From IMG/VR virus record IMGVR_UViG_3300032298_000389: a stretch of DNA of 64,000 bases. One strand, written 5' to 3'. This stretch comes from an uncultured virus (IMG/VR IMGVR_UViG_3300032298_000389) (lineage: Duplodnaviria > Heunggongvirae > Uroviricota > Caudoviricetes). Under the pieces are notes generated by a model, which made no database searches, was not told the DNA's origin, and was given only the letters and a program-made list of their open reading frames with translations. Below, piece by piece: positions 1 through 9,393 of the stretch (its first letter is position 1; every line of letters begins with the position of its first letter). A program made the position numbers and the translations under genes.

Positions 1-587
1 TGAAACAAAAACTCATACTCTATAAGCCAATTATCATGAACTATTACTGGACTAAAATTTAAGTGAACTTCATATCCTGCTCTTAAAAACAAGTATATAG
101 CATTTAACCTTTCATCAAGAGAACTTGTATTAGGTTCAAGAACTTTTCTCCATTTCTCCGGCATAAGACTAAATCTTACTCTAATCTTACCTTCTGGATT
201 AAACTTCAATAAATCATGATTTACATACTTGGTAGCAAATGAACCCATAGCAAGTGGATGATCTCTGAAGAAAGCAAATATCTTCTCCCATTCATGGTAC
301 TTAGCATGTAGAGCAAAATCTTCATTACAAGAAATATCATAAGTAATATACTCTCCTGTTTGATTAGGTTTCTCTACTGTAGAAAAATAAGCATGTGAAT
401 TAATCTCTGTCAGGATATCCATAGTATTAGTAGCTACAGAAAGTCCTTCCGGTTTGTGTCTTTTCATATAACAGTAAGTACAGTTATAAAGACAACCATG
501 TCCAAAACTTGGTGAAATAAAGTCAGTACTCCTTCCGGAAGGTCTAATAACCATAGACTTCCTAGTAACTTTTTCTACTACAGACAT
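1..587 (-). CDS. Radical SAM protein, spore photoproduct lyase (SplB)-like; 3' end runs off the window
   Basis: Manual translation from ATG at 587: MSVVEKVTRKSMVIRPSGRSTDFISPSFGHGCLYNCTYCYMKRH... It contains the CxxxCxxC radical SAM motif and later FATK and HLNFSPVI segments typical of SplB-like proteins. Absent from the ORF track because it has no stop in the window. Confidence 0.8.
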   Translation of the reverse strand, partial: MSVVEKVTRKSMVIRPSGRSTDFISPSFGHGCLYNCTYCYMKRHKPEGLSVATNTMDILTEINSHAYFSTVEKPNQTGEYITYDISCNEDFALHAKYHEWEKIFAFFRDHPLAMGSFATKYVNHDLLKFNPEGKIRVRFSLMPEKWRKVLEPNTSSLDERLNAIYLFLRAGYEVHLNFSPVIVHDNWLIEYEFLF

Positions 588-666
588 ATTATTCTAGATT
601 TTTATATATACAGCTAATTAGTGCTACATATATTAATTCAAATAGTATTCTCATGACTATTCTGAT

Positions 667-843
667 TTAAATGTTGCTATCTTTCCACTCCTTCCATGTA
701 TCAAAGTCTTGTAACTTATCTAACATCCATTTAGCACCTGAAATAAATGCTTTTCTAGCCACATATAATTCCATATCAGTACTTCCATCACAGAATACAT
801 TATTATCAGCATGTTCTTCTGCTGCTTTTTCAAGTTCTTCCAT
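667..843 (-). CDS. Small hypothetical protein (58 aa, MEELEKAAEEHA...AFISGAKWM)
   Basis: Manual translation; fits the tightly packed minus-strand operon. Confidence 0.6.
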   Translation of the reverse strand: MEELEKAAEEHADNNVFCDGSTDMELYVARKAFISGAKWMLDKLQDFDTWKEWKDSNI

Positions 844-844
844 A

Positions 845-1066
845 CTATTCCATTGTTAGGTTACTATCAGATAAAATCTCCCGGATCTTATCTCTTAACT
901 TTTCATAAGCCTCTCCTACTTCACTAGGAAGTTGTTCATTATACTTAACTTCATTTCTAAGATATTGATCTATTTCCCATATAGCAGCTCTATACTTCCA
1001 CCCATCTAATGCTACCTGAGCATCAGATGCAGCATCTTCATTTGAAAATTCAATTATTACTTTCAT
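845..1066 (-). CDS. Hypothetical protein
   Basis: ORF track; 4-nt overlap with the upstream gene. Confidence 0.7.
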   Translation of the reverse strand: MKVIIEFSNEDAASDAQVALDGWKYRAAIWEIDQYLRNEVKYNEQLPSEVGEAYEKLRDKIREILSDSNLTME

Positions 1067-1266
1067 TCTTCTGATTTAAAGGTTTTATTGTAGTATTTTT
1101 CTGCCGTTGAATATGGTTTATCTCTTAATATAAATGATTTGTTATAAGCATCTATTATCTGCTCTTTCTCCATTTTTTTGGCTTGTTCAATTTCTTTAGC
1201 AAATAAATGCATAAACATATTTTGCCTAGTTAATTCTTCAACCAACCATTCTACTGCTGTCTTCAT
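1063..1266 (-). CDS. Hypothetical phage protein (MKTAVEWL...EKEQIIDAY type)
   Basis: ORF track; pattern resembles small proteins common in Bacteroidota phages. Confidence 0.7.
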   Translation of the reverse strand: MKTAVEWLVEELTRQNMFMHLFAKEIEQAKKMEKEQIIDAYNKSFILRDKPYSTAEKYYNKTFKSEE

Positions 1267-1457
1267 AACTTCTTTTTCTGTTCTAAATAATCAATGATAA
1301 AACCAATAGCAACTAGTATATTCATACCACAGGATGCTATTATTTCATGAATGTCCTCATATATAGTGGACATCAAATGTACATGACCAACCATCCAGAA
1401 TGGTACAGATAAGTTTTGACTTATCCATACCACTAGATATTTAAGAAAGTGTTTCAT
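1263..1457 (-). CDS. Small membrane protein
   Basis: Two hydrophobic segments; coupled to neighbouring genes. Confidence 0.6.
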   Translation of the reverse strand: MKHFLKYLVVWISQNLSVPFWMVGHVHLMSTIYEDIHEIIASCGMNILVAIGFIIDYLEQKKKL

Positions 1458-1909
1458 TATTTAATCATAAAATCATAAGCAGCTTTACTATTAGTCATAG
1501 TAAACTTGTAAATTTCTGATGTACAATGAGTTTCATTAATTCTAACTTTCATTACTGAAGCTGTTTTAAAATCTGCTAATACTTCAGGTAAAGTTTCAAA
1601 ATTCCATGTAAAAAATACTGTTGTATTATCACTTGATTTATCTCCAATTAAATGATGTTTTTTATCAATACCATTTACAGTAAATACAATATCTACAACT
1701 GGTGATTCATCACAGAAATAACTATCTTGTACATAAAATACAATAGCATTATCTACATTTTCTAATTTTGCTAAAGCATTTTCACTATTACTTACATATG
1801 CTATTTTATATGGATCATCAAATCCATTATTAAAAGTTTTATAAGTCCACTGAGCACTAACACTTCCTGTAATTAGTATTGCTCCTAATAAATTAATCAC
1901 CTTCTTCAT
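1457..1909 (-). CDS. Exported protein with Sec signal peptide
   Basis: MKKVINLLGAILITGSVSA|Q: basic N-region, hydrophobic core and Gln at +1, as is typical of Bacteroidota secreted proteins. Confidence 0.7.
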   Translation of the reverse strand: MKKVINLLGAILITGSVSAQWTYKTFNNGFDDPYKIAYVSNSENALAKLENVDNAIVFYVQDSYFCDESPVVDIVFTVNGIDKKHHLIGDKSSDNTTVFFTWNFETLPEVLADFKTASVMKVRINETHCTSEIYKFTMTNSKAAYDFMIK

Positions 1910-2166
1910 TGTTCACTCTCTTTTTCTTGTCTGGCTTCACCGTAGTGGGATGAGAACTTTTTTTTAGACTGTTCCATCTTGCTAATCTCTCCTGAATTTT
2001 CTGATTCAATATTGATAGATCTAATTTCCTTTTGTTTTCTTTCATAAGTCTTCCATTCATAAATTTCTAACTCTTTCATTCTAGCAACATCTGCTATAGT
2101 CATACCCTCTGGTATTCCTCCATTTTCTTCCATGATTTGTATACATACTTCCTTCATTCTTCCCAT
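1906..2166 (-). CDS. Hypothetical protein
   Basis: ORF track; operon packing. Confidence 0.65.
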   Translation of the reverse strand: MGRMKEVCIQIMEENGGIPEGMTIADVARMKELEIYEWKTYERKQKEIRSINIESENSGEISKMEQSKKKFSSHYGEARQEKESEQ

Positions 2167-2588
2167 AGTTTTAAACTTTTATTAAGTAATAAAGTAACTG
2201 TAGTTCTTATGTCATCATGACCAAGTATAGAACCTACTGCTTTTAGTTTATTATGCAGTAACTGATCAACATCTAATTCTATTCTTATCTTTCTCTTAGC
2301 TCTTACTGTATCTATCACACTAAAGTTAAATGGAAACATCTGAGCATATACATATACATTCTGTATATAAGATTTATCTTTACAAAATTGAATAGCAATA
2401 TTTTTGTTATGATGAATGGTATTTCTATTATAACCTGTTAATTTTGCTATAGTATGTTCTGGTAACATAAATCTATATACTAGTAATCCAATTAAATAAC
2501 TTCTCTGATCAACCAGTACTCTTTTACGGGAATTCTTTTTAATTTTTAATAGAGAACTGATTACATCATCTTTTGTGTAATCATCCAT
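2154..2588 (-). CDS. Putative DNA-binding protein (DnaA domain IV-like HTH with a possible C-terminal ribbon-helix-helix)
   Basis: SRKRVLVDQRSYL...EHTIAKLTGYNRNTIHH resembles the DnaA C-terminal HTH pattern; RIELDVDQLLHNKLK resembles RHH. Confidence 0.45.
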   Translation of the reverse strand: MDDYTKDDVISSLLKIKKNSRKRVLVDQRSYLIGLLVYRFMLPEHTIAKLTGYNRNTIHHNKNIAIQFCKDKSYIQNVYVYAQMFPFNFSVIDTVRAKRKIRIELDVDQLLHNKLKAVGSILGHDDIRTTVTLLLNKSLKLWEE

Positions 2589-2590
2589 AC

Positions 2591-2866
2591 TTAAATTAAT
2601 TCTAAGTCTGCAGAGATTTCTTCTACTTTTTCTTCTTTTAATACTTTTGCCAAGAATTCAACTGGAAGAAACCTTTCTGCATTATAATACTCATAAGGAA
2701 AGGACTGTTCAGATAACTGTACTTCTTTTAGTTTATAACCAAATCTACCTGCTTGTAAACCCATTTTAGCAATTTCCACTACTGTATATACAGTACCTTC
2801 ATTTATCCATTCATAGGGTGAGATCTTCTTTGGCTTGTTGCTGCTGTCAATACATATTACCTGCAT
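2591..2866 (-). CDS. Hypothetical protein
   Basis: ORF track. Confidence 0.65.
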   Translation of the reverse strand: MQVICIDSSNKPKKISPYEWINEGTVYTVVEIAKMGLQAGRFGYKLKEVQLSEQSFPYEYYNAERFLPVEFLAKVLKEEKVEEISADLELI

Positions 2867-3101
2867 AATCCTTAATTTCTGATTTAATATCTAAGTCATC
2901 AAAGTTACCTTTAATTTCAAACATTTCCATGTAGTCACCACTTTTTACTGCACATCTACCCGTATTATGGGCAATAACAGCACATTGTTCAGCTTGTAAA
3001 GGATCATGATTACAAAATCTAATTAAACATGCTGTTATATAATCATAGGAATTTATGTCATCATTATAAATAACTAACTTATGTGTTTTAAAATCCTCCA
3101 T
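2847..3101 (-). CDS. clpS: ATP-dependent Clp protease adaptor ClpS (Bacteroidota-like)
   Basis: LVIYNDDINSYDYI...HDPLQAEQCAVIAHNTGRCAVK is the ClpS signature (NDD and H..G). Start moved to ATG 3101 (MEDFK) to avoid overlapping the helicase. Confidence 0.85.
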   Translation of the reverse strand: MEDFKTHKLVIYNDDINSYDYITACLIRFCNHDPLQAEQCAVIAHNTGRCAVKSGDYMEMFEIKGNFDDLDIKSEIKDYAGNMY

Positions 3102-3105
3102 ACTA

Positions 3106-4200
3106 CTAATATAATGAAATATTAAAATCTTTCCAAATAATTTTAGTCTGATCAAAGTTTTCTAATGCTTCAGTAACCCATTTTTCATCTATTGTATCCA
3201 TATAACATAGTATGTGGACAATAGCTTTATCATCTGGATTAAGTCTTAGTAACCTACCAATTCTTTGTGCAGCTTTTCTTTCATTACCATATGCATGCAT
3301 AATAATACCCTGTTTAAGATTAGGAATATTAACACCCTCATTCAACTGCATAACAGTAGATAGTTTGTCTATCTTTCCTTCTTTAAACATAAGTAAATTA
3401 CCTTCAGACTCTTTGTTATTACTATGATAACTATATTCACATAGTAAATCAGCTTGTGCTTGGGTATTAGCAAATACAATACATTTAGTATTAATACTTT
3501 GCATAAGAAGTTTAGTATATAACTCTTTACTTGGATACTCCATCATAGCTTTCATTCTCATAACTCTGAGCATATGCATATTACCAGAACCTACATCAAT
3601 CCTTCTAGACCAGTAAGTATAATTAGACTCTTCATCAGTTAACCATTTTCTACCACCTTGATTTACTAAATAATTTTTTTCTGTAGATAATTTAAGCTGA
3701 TGTACTACTATCTGATAATCATTTAGTATTCCATTCTCTACAGCATCATCTGCTTTGAATGTATATACTACAGGACAAAACTCATTTACTAACTTACCTT
3801 TCTCTGAATAATCTCTTTTTGGTGGAGTACCAGTCAAACCTAAGATTTTACCAGTATACAACTGAAGAAATCCCCGGTGACTATCTAATAAACTATGCAT
3901 TTCATCCAAATAGACAGCATGATAGTCATTAGGGTTATGTTTATTCAAACTTAGATAAGTTGTAAAAGTCATTCTACCTAATAAATCTTCTTTTCCAAAC
4001 TTTACAGCATCATCTTTCCATGACTGAAAGATTGACTTTTTTGGAGCAACAATAAGTACTTTCATCAATGCAGTAGTATTAAGTTCTATGTGACTCAAAC
4101 CCACAAGAGTCTTTCCTACACCAGTACCTAAGACTACACTACACTTTCTTTTTCCTTCAGTTGCTTTTAATGCTTCTAATTGAACTTCATCTTTTGTCAT
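3106..4200 (-). CDS. Superfamily 2 helicase (DExH/UvsW-like)
   Basis: Walker A GTGVGKT, DEMH, LTGT, EGVNIP and QRIGRLLR motifs. Confidence 0.9.
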   Translation of the reverse strand: MTKDEVQLEALKATEGKRKCSVVLGTGVGKTLVGLSHIELNTTALMKVLIVAPKKSIFQSWKDDAVKFGKEDLLGRMTFTTYLSLNKHNPNDYHAVYLDEMHSLLDSHRGFLQLYTGKILGLTGTPPKRDYSEKGKLVNEFCPVVYTFKADDAVENGILNDYQIVVHQLKLSTEKNYLVNQGGRKWLTDEESNYTYWSRRIDVGSGNMHMLRVMRMKAMMEYPSKELYTKLLMQSINTKCIVFANTQAQADLLCEYSYHSNNKESEGNLLMFKEGKIDKLSTVMQLNEGVNIPNLKQGIIMHAYGNERKAAQRIGRLLRLNPDDKAIVHILCYMDTIDEKWVTEALENFDQTKIIWKDFNISLY

Positions 4201-4204
4201 AAGT

Positions 4205-4609
4205 TTATTTTAACCAATTCATTGTTCTTGCTTCTGTAGGGTGTGCATGAATCCAATCATGACAATTCCTACAAACTGCTAACCAAGTACTTTGAACTAA
4301 GTAAAAAGCATCTCTATTAGACCCTGCATAGGTATGATGAATGTCTGTAGCCATATGACTACATCCATCCACCTTTACCTGGCAGAGATTGTTAACTAAT
4401 AAATGTTTTTCTCTTAGTTTAAGATACTCTTGATCTTTCTTTTTTCTTTTAGAAGAAACCAGAGGGATTTTATAATCAGTTGGTTTCTGTGAACTGTCAT
4501 TATTAATGGCTTTTTGGCAACTCCAACAATATTTACAGTATTTAAATCCCTCATGGTTTTTCCAAATGACGGAGTCTTTACCACATCCATCACATGTTTT
4601 TAGTTTCAT
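4205..4609 (-). CDS. Zn-binding HNH-like nuclease
   Basis: CxxC pairs, DIHH and CRNCHDWIH. Confidence 0.65.
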   Translation of the reverse strand: MKLKTCDGCGKDSVIWKNHEGFKYCKYCWSCQKAINNDSSQKPTDYKIPLVSSKRKKKDQEYLKLREKHLLVNNLCQVKVDGCSHMATDIHHTYAGSNRDAFYLVQSTWLAVCRNCHDWIHAHPTEARTMNWLK

Positions 4610-4887
4610 AGTAGTTCTTCTGGAAACTCAGGAGTCTTAGGTGCTTTCTTAAAAAGAAAATTTCTTAGAGCACTCCAAAAACTTTCAGTAATATGAAGAT
4701 CCTTATCAAGAAAATCATCCTTTGGACAAACAATATATTTATCTATTAAATCAGTACATCTTCGATGGTCTGTTGTAATAACTTTGATTAAGTATCTTTT
4801 TTTACTACTTAGTAAAACTTTCACTTCAAGTGGTCTCCATCTTTCTCTAGCTGGAGACAACTCTCTAATGTCATAAAATGTTTTCAT
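4606..4887 (-). CDS. Hypothetical protein
   Basis: ORF track; 4-nt overlaps. Confidence 0.6.
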   Translation of the reverse strand: MKTFYDIRELSPARERWRPLEVKVLLSSKKRYLIKVITTDHRRCTDLIDKYIVCPKDDFLDKDLHITESFWSALRNFLFKKAPKTPEFPEELL

Positions 4888-5378
4888 ACACTTTGATTTT
4901 TTAACATTGGTAAATTTACTGGTGCTTCCTGTAAACTTAAAAAGTTTTTAGGAAGTATTCCTTCTGCTATAAAGATAGTAACAATTTGATTTTTACTAAT
5001 ATTTAAATCTTTAAAAGTTAATGTATTTTTAAATTTTGTATCAACTTCATTACATTCAATAATAGTCTTTGTCAATGAGCTTTTCGGAAATAAAGATTCA
5101 AAAAGTTTATTAGTATATTGAATAGTAACTTTTTGTTTTTCTACATTCAATATACTTTGTGCTCTTTTATAAACATTTATAATCCTCTGTTTTTTCTTAC
5201 TACACATTGTAGCTAATTCTTGTTGACTAAGAGCATCTAGACCATATAGTGCTCTTTTGTATAAATAATTTTGGTACTGTGAATACCCATCAACTTCATA
5301 TTGCATGTACATCTTACCTGCAGATAGTTGATAATCTTTTACATTCTGTTTTAACTTTTCCATTTTTTTCATATACAT
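4884..5378 (-). CDS. Hypothetical protein
   Basis: ORF track. Confidence 0.7.
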   Translation of the reverse strand: MYMKKMEKLKQNVKDYQLSAGKMYMQYEVDGYSQYQNYLYKRALYGLDALSQQELATMCSKKKQRIINVYKRAQSILNVEKQKVTIQYTNKLFESLFPKSSLTKTIIECNEVDTKFKNTLTFKDLNISKNQIVTIFIAEGILPKNFLSLQEAPVNLPMLKNQSV

Positions 5379-5393
5379 TTTTTAATCATAAAT

Positions 5394-5422
5394 AAAAAGA
5401 GAGGGATATTTCTACCCCTCTC
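5394..5422 (-). terminator. Intrinsic terminator
   Basis: GAGAGGG...CCCTCTC stem followed by a T-run on the minus strand. Confidence 0.6.
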
Positions 5423-5441
5423 ATACTAACTAAACTAAATA

Positions 5442-5924
5442 TTATCCACCAATTGAGAAATCATCAGACGGACGTGCATTTTCTATTGCAGAAGATTTAC
5501 TTCTAGCATATGCTGCTTTTAATTCTTCAACATTATCATGTTTGATAAGTGTATCAGTTGCATTACCATCAAAAGAAAACTTAGTTCTTCTGTAGATAGG
5601 TAAACCACCAAATGTACATACTATACCTGTTTCACCTGCAATTTTTAAATCACGTTCTGGTGTTTTCTCATTGAATGGTTCAAATGATTCTTCAACTACA
5701 ATTTTACCATCAAGTTGTTGTCCAGCAAAGAATCCAGAATCTTGTAATTCAGATATTGTACCTGGGATTAATGCACTAACTGGTTTTCTTCTCAAGAAAC
5801 CATTGTCATCAATCATTGTTCTTACTTGTTGTACACGAATATAACCATAATCAGGGTTATTTTTAGATACTTCAATTACTGCTTTTGTTGTGTCATCAGA
5901 CAATACGATTACTTTAGAGTTCAT
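5442..5924 (-). CDS. Conserved phage protein, possibly ssDNA-binding (OB-fold-like)
   Basis: Beta-rich with an acidic/aromatic C-terminal tail (SDDFSIGG); function is inferred. Confidence 0.45.
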   Translation of the reverse strand: MNSKVIVLSDDTTKAVIEVSKNNPDYGYIRVQQVRTMIDDNGFLRRKPVSALIPGTISELQDSGFFAGQQLDGKIVVEESFEPFNEKTPERDLKIAGETGIVCTFGGLPIYRRTKFSFDGNATDTLIKHDNVEELKAAYARSKSSAIENARPSDDFSIGG

Positions 5925-6018
5925 CTTTAAAGGTTTTAAAAAATTAATAAATAAATTGATTTGTGAGTAGATACTAAGTCCTTAATTACTCATTTTAAGG
6001 GTAGTTGGTAGTTTAAAA

Positions 6019-6300
6019 CTACATATCCAAATTGTCAGATAAATCAATGATATCATCAAAAGGCATATCATCAGATATGATATCATTTACATCTTCATCA
6101 TCCTGTGATAGGAATTCAAAGTCATAATACTTATCTCTGGTGTTATTCTCAACAGCAGAACCAGCAAAAGGATCCCTAATATGTTCACCGTAGTCAATTG
6201 ACATGAGGTACTGTATATCTTCATCTGTAAGATCAAGGTACTCTTCTATAGAGAGGTGAACTACTTTCCCATTAGGGAGTTGATATTGCATTACCGGCAT
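6019..6300 (-). CDS. Acidic hypothetical protein
   Basis: ORF track; Asp-rich C-terminus. Confidence 0.7.
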   Translation of the reverse strand: MPVMQYQLPNGKVVHLSIEEYLDLTDEDIQYLMSIDYGEHIRDPFAGSAVENNTRDKYYDFEFLSQDDEDVNDIISDDMPFDDIIDLSDNLDM

Positions 6301-6445
6301 AAAAAATTATGCTAGTAAATGTAATATATTTATTCTAAGTCAAAAAATGTAAACTAATAAAATTTAGCAATATATAGCTAAACAATAAAGAGGGGCACTA
6401 GACCCCTCTGTATTTTGGTCAGGAAAAGTGTAACAGATACACTTC

Positions 6446-6865
6446 TTAAAAATCCTCAATAACTTCTAGTTCTTGGTGTTGAACATAGGTAGTGTCCTTC
6501 TTTGTAGTACCATTATCTAGGACATCAGTATATTCAATATGATATTGACTATACTCATGATATCCTCTAAATTCTCTTACAGTAACAACTACTTTGCCTT
6601 CTTCATCACCAAATTTTTCTTTAATACCATCTTTATTACTACCATAACCAAGACTATTTACAGATACTTTGCATAAAGTACCATTAGGTATTACATCAGG
6701 TAGTTTATTACCAATCATAAGTTTGAAGAAATGTTGAGTACTTTGAGAATTAGTACACAACATAGGAGTAAATAACTTAATAAACTCTTCTGAATTTGGG
6801 TCTTTGATAATCTTACTGAGTGCTTTTGCTACATCAGAATCATCATAGTTTACACTTATATTCAT
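6446..6865 (-). CDS. Hypothetical protein
   Basis: ORF track. Confidence 0.7.
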   Translation of the reverse strand: MNISVNYDDSDVAKALSKIIKDPNSEEFIKLFTPMLCTNSQSTQHFFKLMIGNKLPDVIPNGTLCKVSVNSLGYGSNKDGIKEKFGDEEGKVVVTVREFRGYHEYSQYHIEYTDVLDNGTTKKDTTYVQHQELEVIEDF

Positions 6866-6867
6866 AC

Positions 6868-7086
6868 TTAATCAGTTAATCTTCTGTGTTGTCTTATCTT
6901 ATCTAATAAATCATCATTAAAGTGTGTAAAAAAACTTTTGTCAAATATTCTAACTGCAATCTTCTCAGGAAGTTTAGCTGGAATAATAGAAGTTTTAACA
7001 CCTTTACGTACTAGATTACCGTCTTTGTCTGTAATGTCTACATTCATATCAAATCCTAATACAGACTCAATAGTAAACTTATCCAC
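6868..7086 (-). CDS. Hypothetical protein (probable GTG start at 7086)
   Basis: ORF track 6868..7143, trimmed to reduce overlap with the upstream gene. Confidence 0.5.
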   Translation of the reverse strand: MDKFTIESVLGFDMNVDITDKDGNLVRKGVKTSIIPAKLPEKIAVRIFDKSFFTHFNDDLLDKIRQHRRLTD

Positions 7087-7414
7087 GGTTAAATAAGTCT
7101 TTAAGCATAACATGCATTCTTTCATGTGACTGATGTTTATCAACCACTTTCTGTAACATTAATGAAACCATTACAACCTCATTAGTGTGTTTGCACTCTA
7201 TAACTACTTTTTCTAAACCTTTATGCATAGATTCACTATTTTCATATGCTTTAACACATAAAGCAAGTAACTCTTTTACTCTTTCATCAGAGATACCTAA
7301 ATTTTTATGAAGCAATTCAGCTTCATCATCAATGATTAATAATTTATACTGACCATTAGCATTATAACTTTTTTTCTTTTTCTTAAATACTTTTCTAAAC
7401 CAATTCATAATCAT
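7079..7414 (-). CDS. Hypothetical protein
   Basis: ORF track. Confidence 0.65.
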   Translation of the reverse strand: MIMNWFRKVFKKKKKSYNANGQYKLLIIDDEAELLHKNLGISDERVKELLALCVKAYENSESMHKGLEKVVIECKHTNEVVMVSLMLQKVVDKHQSHERMHVMLKDLFNRG

Positions 7415-7434
7415 ATATTTAAATTAAACAATAG

Positions 7435-7508
7435 TAGTCCCAACAGGAGTCGAACCTGTAACCTACTACTTAGAAGGTAGTTGCTCTATCCACTTGAGCT
7501 ATGGGACT
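7435..7508 (-). tRNA. tRNA-Arg (anticodon TCT)
   Basis: Minus strand AGTCCCATAGCTCAAGTGGATAGAGCAACTACCTTCTAAGTAGTAGGTTACAGGTTCGACTCCTGTTGGGACTA folds as a full cloverleaf with loop CT-TCT-AA and T-loop GGTTCGA. CCA is not encoded. Confidence 0.95.
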
Positions 7509-7515
7509 TAATATA

Positions 7516-7803
7516 TTAGTAAGATTCTTCTTCTGAAGGTAGACGTAACCAATCTCCATCACCCAGAATCCACATCTCACCAACATAACCATCTGGTTTT
7601 AAAACATACATTGCATCATTAAATTCTACTACAATGTGTGAATCTTTTCTTTTTGTAATCTCAACAGGTTTATCACCTTGAATATCAATTACATTCTGTA
7701 CAAATCTTTTCTCTGACCTATTGAGAAATTTTGGTAAATCTTGTGTTGTACCAAACATAGTAACAAATGTGCTAAACATAAAAATCAAATTTTTCATAAT
7801 CAT
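7516..7803 (-). CDS. Hypothetical protein with N-terminal signal/hydrophobic segment
   Basis: ORF track. Confidence 0.6.
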   Translation of the reverse strand: MIMKNLIFMFSTFVTMFGTTQDLPKFLNRSEKRFVQNVIDIQGDKPVEITKRKDSHIVVEFNDAMYVLKPDGYVGEMWILGDGDWLRLPSEEESY

Positions 7804-8042
7804 TTACTTACGGCATATGCCCATATTAATAATCCAACTGCTATCACAATAAAACCATACAATGTCCATTTAAATGGAGCCATAGTTTTTTCTAAATCAA
7901 TTGCTTCTTCAATACAAGCAATTTCATGTTCTATTTCATGTCTTTTCATAATATACATAGCAGGATTAGGTTCTGCATGATGTAAATCATATAGTTCATT
8001 AAATAGATCTTTACGTCTCTGTTTTAATTTCTTTATTCTCAT
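7800..8042 (-). CDS. Small membrane-anchored protein (start MRIKK)
   Basis: C-terminal TM helix; start trimmed to ATG 8042 because the upstream part is a structured non-coding region. Confidence 0.6.
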   Translation of the reverse strand: MRIKKLKQRRKDLFNELYDLHHAEPNPAMYIMKRHEIEHEIACIEEAIDLEKTMAPFKWTLYGFIVIAVGLLIWAYAVSK

Positions 8043-8069
8043 TTTAATTTTATTAAAGTGAATAATAAT

Positions 8070-8255
8070 AGTTACCAAGTAACAGAAATATATAGCTAAA
8101 ATCAAATACAAATACTAAGTCAAAGACCTTCTCTTCTACAAAGGCAAATACAAATACTAAGTCTCATTGTTATCAGCCAATTGCATATCATGCATAACCT
8201 GTCTGATGATGAGTTCTATCTCAGTTTTATAAGTTTGAAGAGAAGCGGTTTATAC
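8070..8255 (-). ncRNA. Candidate structured RNA downstream of the 303-aa coiled-coil gene
   Basis: 9-bp long-range helix CTTCTCTTC/GAAGAGAAG, two perfect 19-nt direct repeats and small internal hairpins. Confidence 0.5.
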
Positions 8256-8330
8256 TATCAAGTATTTATTGTATAATGGTAATCAACCATTGAATTTTAG
8301 TTGTTCTAAATTCCTGTCACAAGGTATAAA

Positions 8331-8365
8331 GAGTAAGAGGATCAGCTTGTGCTTACCTCTTACTC
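8331..8365 (-). terminator. Hairpin (terminator or processing stem) after the 303-aa gene
   Basis: Perfect 10-bp inverted repeat GAGTAAGAGG/CCTCTTACTC. Confidence 0.55.
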
Positions 8366-8382
8366 ACCTAATATAGAGATTC

Positions 8383-9294
8383 CTAGTTCTCTGATGTAAT
8401 GAACATGTCAATTACATGCTGAAATCTAGGATCAACACTAATTCTTAGTGCTGCAGCATCTTTAATCTTCAACTCACGTTGACTATTAAATTCCATAGTA
8501 AGTCTCAGTAACTCACCTTGATATGCTTCATACTCAGCTTTGTACTGTTCCATTAACTCTTTCTCAAGTTTTAAGAACTCAGCTGCTTTATCTGCATTCA
8601 CTTTCTGAATACGTGCATTCTCATCACTAACTAAGTTCTTAACCTTAGCTTTGTAATAATTTACACGTTGCTCATACTTACGGTGTTCATCTGCAATACT
8701 TTCATGAATACCTAATAACCCTGCAGATACATGGTGTTTGGTAATTTTAACAGGAGATTTCTTTCCTGTTTCTACCTCAAACCACTCAATACTAGGAATA
8801 GTAGGCAATTCTTTTCTCAATTGAGTTAGTTTACCATTCTTATGAATGAACTGACCCAAATGAGAAGCCATTGCTTCTGCTTGTAAATACTCAGAATACT
8901 CAGAATCTTTTAACTGAGCCCAACCCCATGACTCTGATATATCATGAAGAATATCATAATCTGGTACTGTTGGTCTCTCAGGTGCAATAAGATGAGAGAA
9001 ATCAGGTCTTGTATCCTTAATTCTCTCTATTTCATTATCCTTACCCTTGATAGCTTCCATAAGAAAAGCTTGACATGCATGCAAGTCACCCTTATTCTTA
9101 AGTTTTTCAAGTATATCACCAGGTACAGGAATACCTTCTTGTGTTTGATAGACTTGTCCACCAATATTAATGGATCTACTACAGTTATTGTAAGAGTCTA
9201 ACTCTCTTTGGATTTCTTGTGCATTTTGATTACACAAATTACTAATTGATTGTGCTTGACTCATTGACAATCCTTTGCTTGCTAAGTTTCTCAT
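8383..9294 (-). CDS. Coiled-coil-rich hypothetical protein (303 aa)
   Basis: ORF track; long helical heptad-like stretches. Confidence 0.8.
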   Translation of the reverse strand: MRNLASKGLSMSQAQSISNLCNQNAQEIQRELDSYNNCSRSINIGGQVYQTQEGIPVPGDILEKLKNKGDLHACQAFLMEAIKGKDNEIERIKDTRPDFSHLIAPERPTVPDYDILHDISESWGWAQLKDSEYSEYLQAEAMASHLGQFIHKNGKLTQLRKELPTIPSIEWFEVETGKKSPVKITKHHVSAGLLGIHESIADEHRKYEQRVNYYKAKVKNLVSDENARIQKVNADKAAEFLKLEKELMEQYKAEYEAYQGELLRLTMEFNSQRELKIKDAAALRISVDPRFQHVIDMFITSEN

Positions 9295-9393
9295 AATTTT
9301 CTTTTTTAGAGATGAATAAATAAATAATTAAGTTTCTTTTTAAGTTTAAAATGGAGCTTTACTGTCATTTACAGCTCCGGACAGACCTTTTTA

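Noticed and set aside
7435..7508. Amber suppressor tRNA or stop-codon recoding, as in some crAss-like phages
   Set aside because: The 7-nt loop CTTCTAA centres on TCT (Arg), not CTA. Long genes are intact in the standard code, and TAG and TGA both end genes normally.
8103..8163. Mini CRISPR array
   Set aside because: Only two 19-nt non-palindromic repeats with a 23-nt spacer that pairs locally; no cas genes
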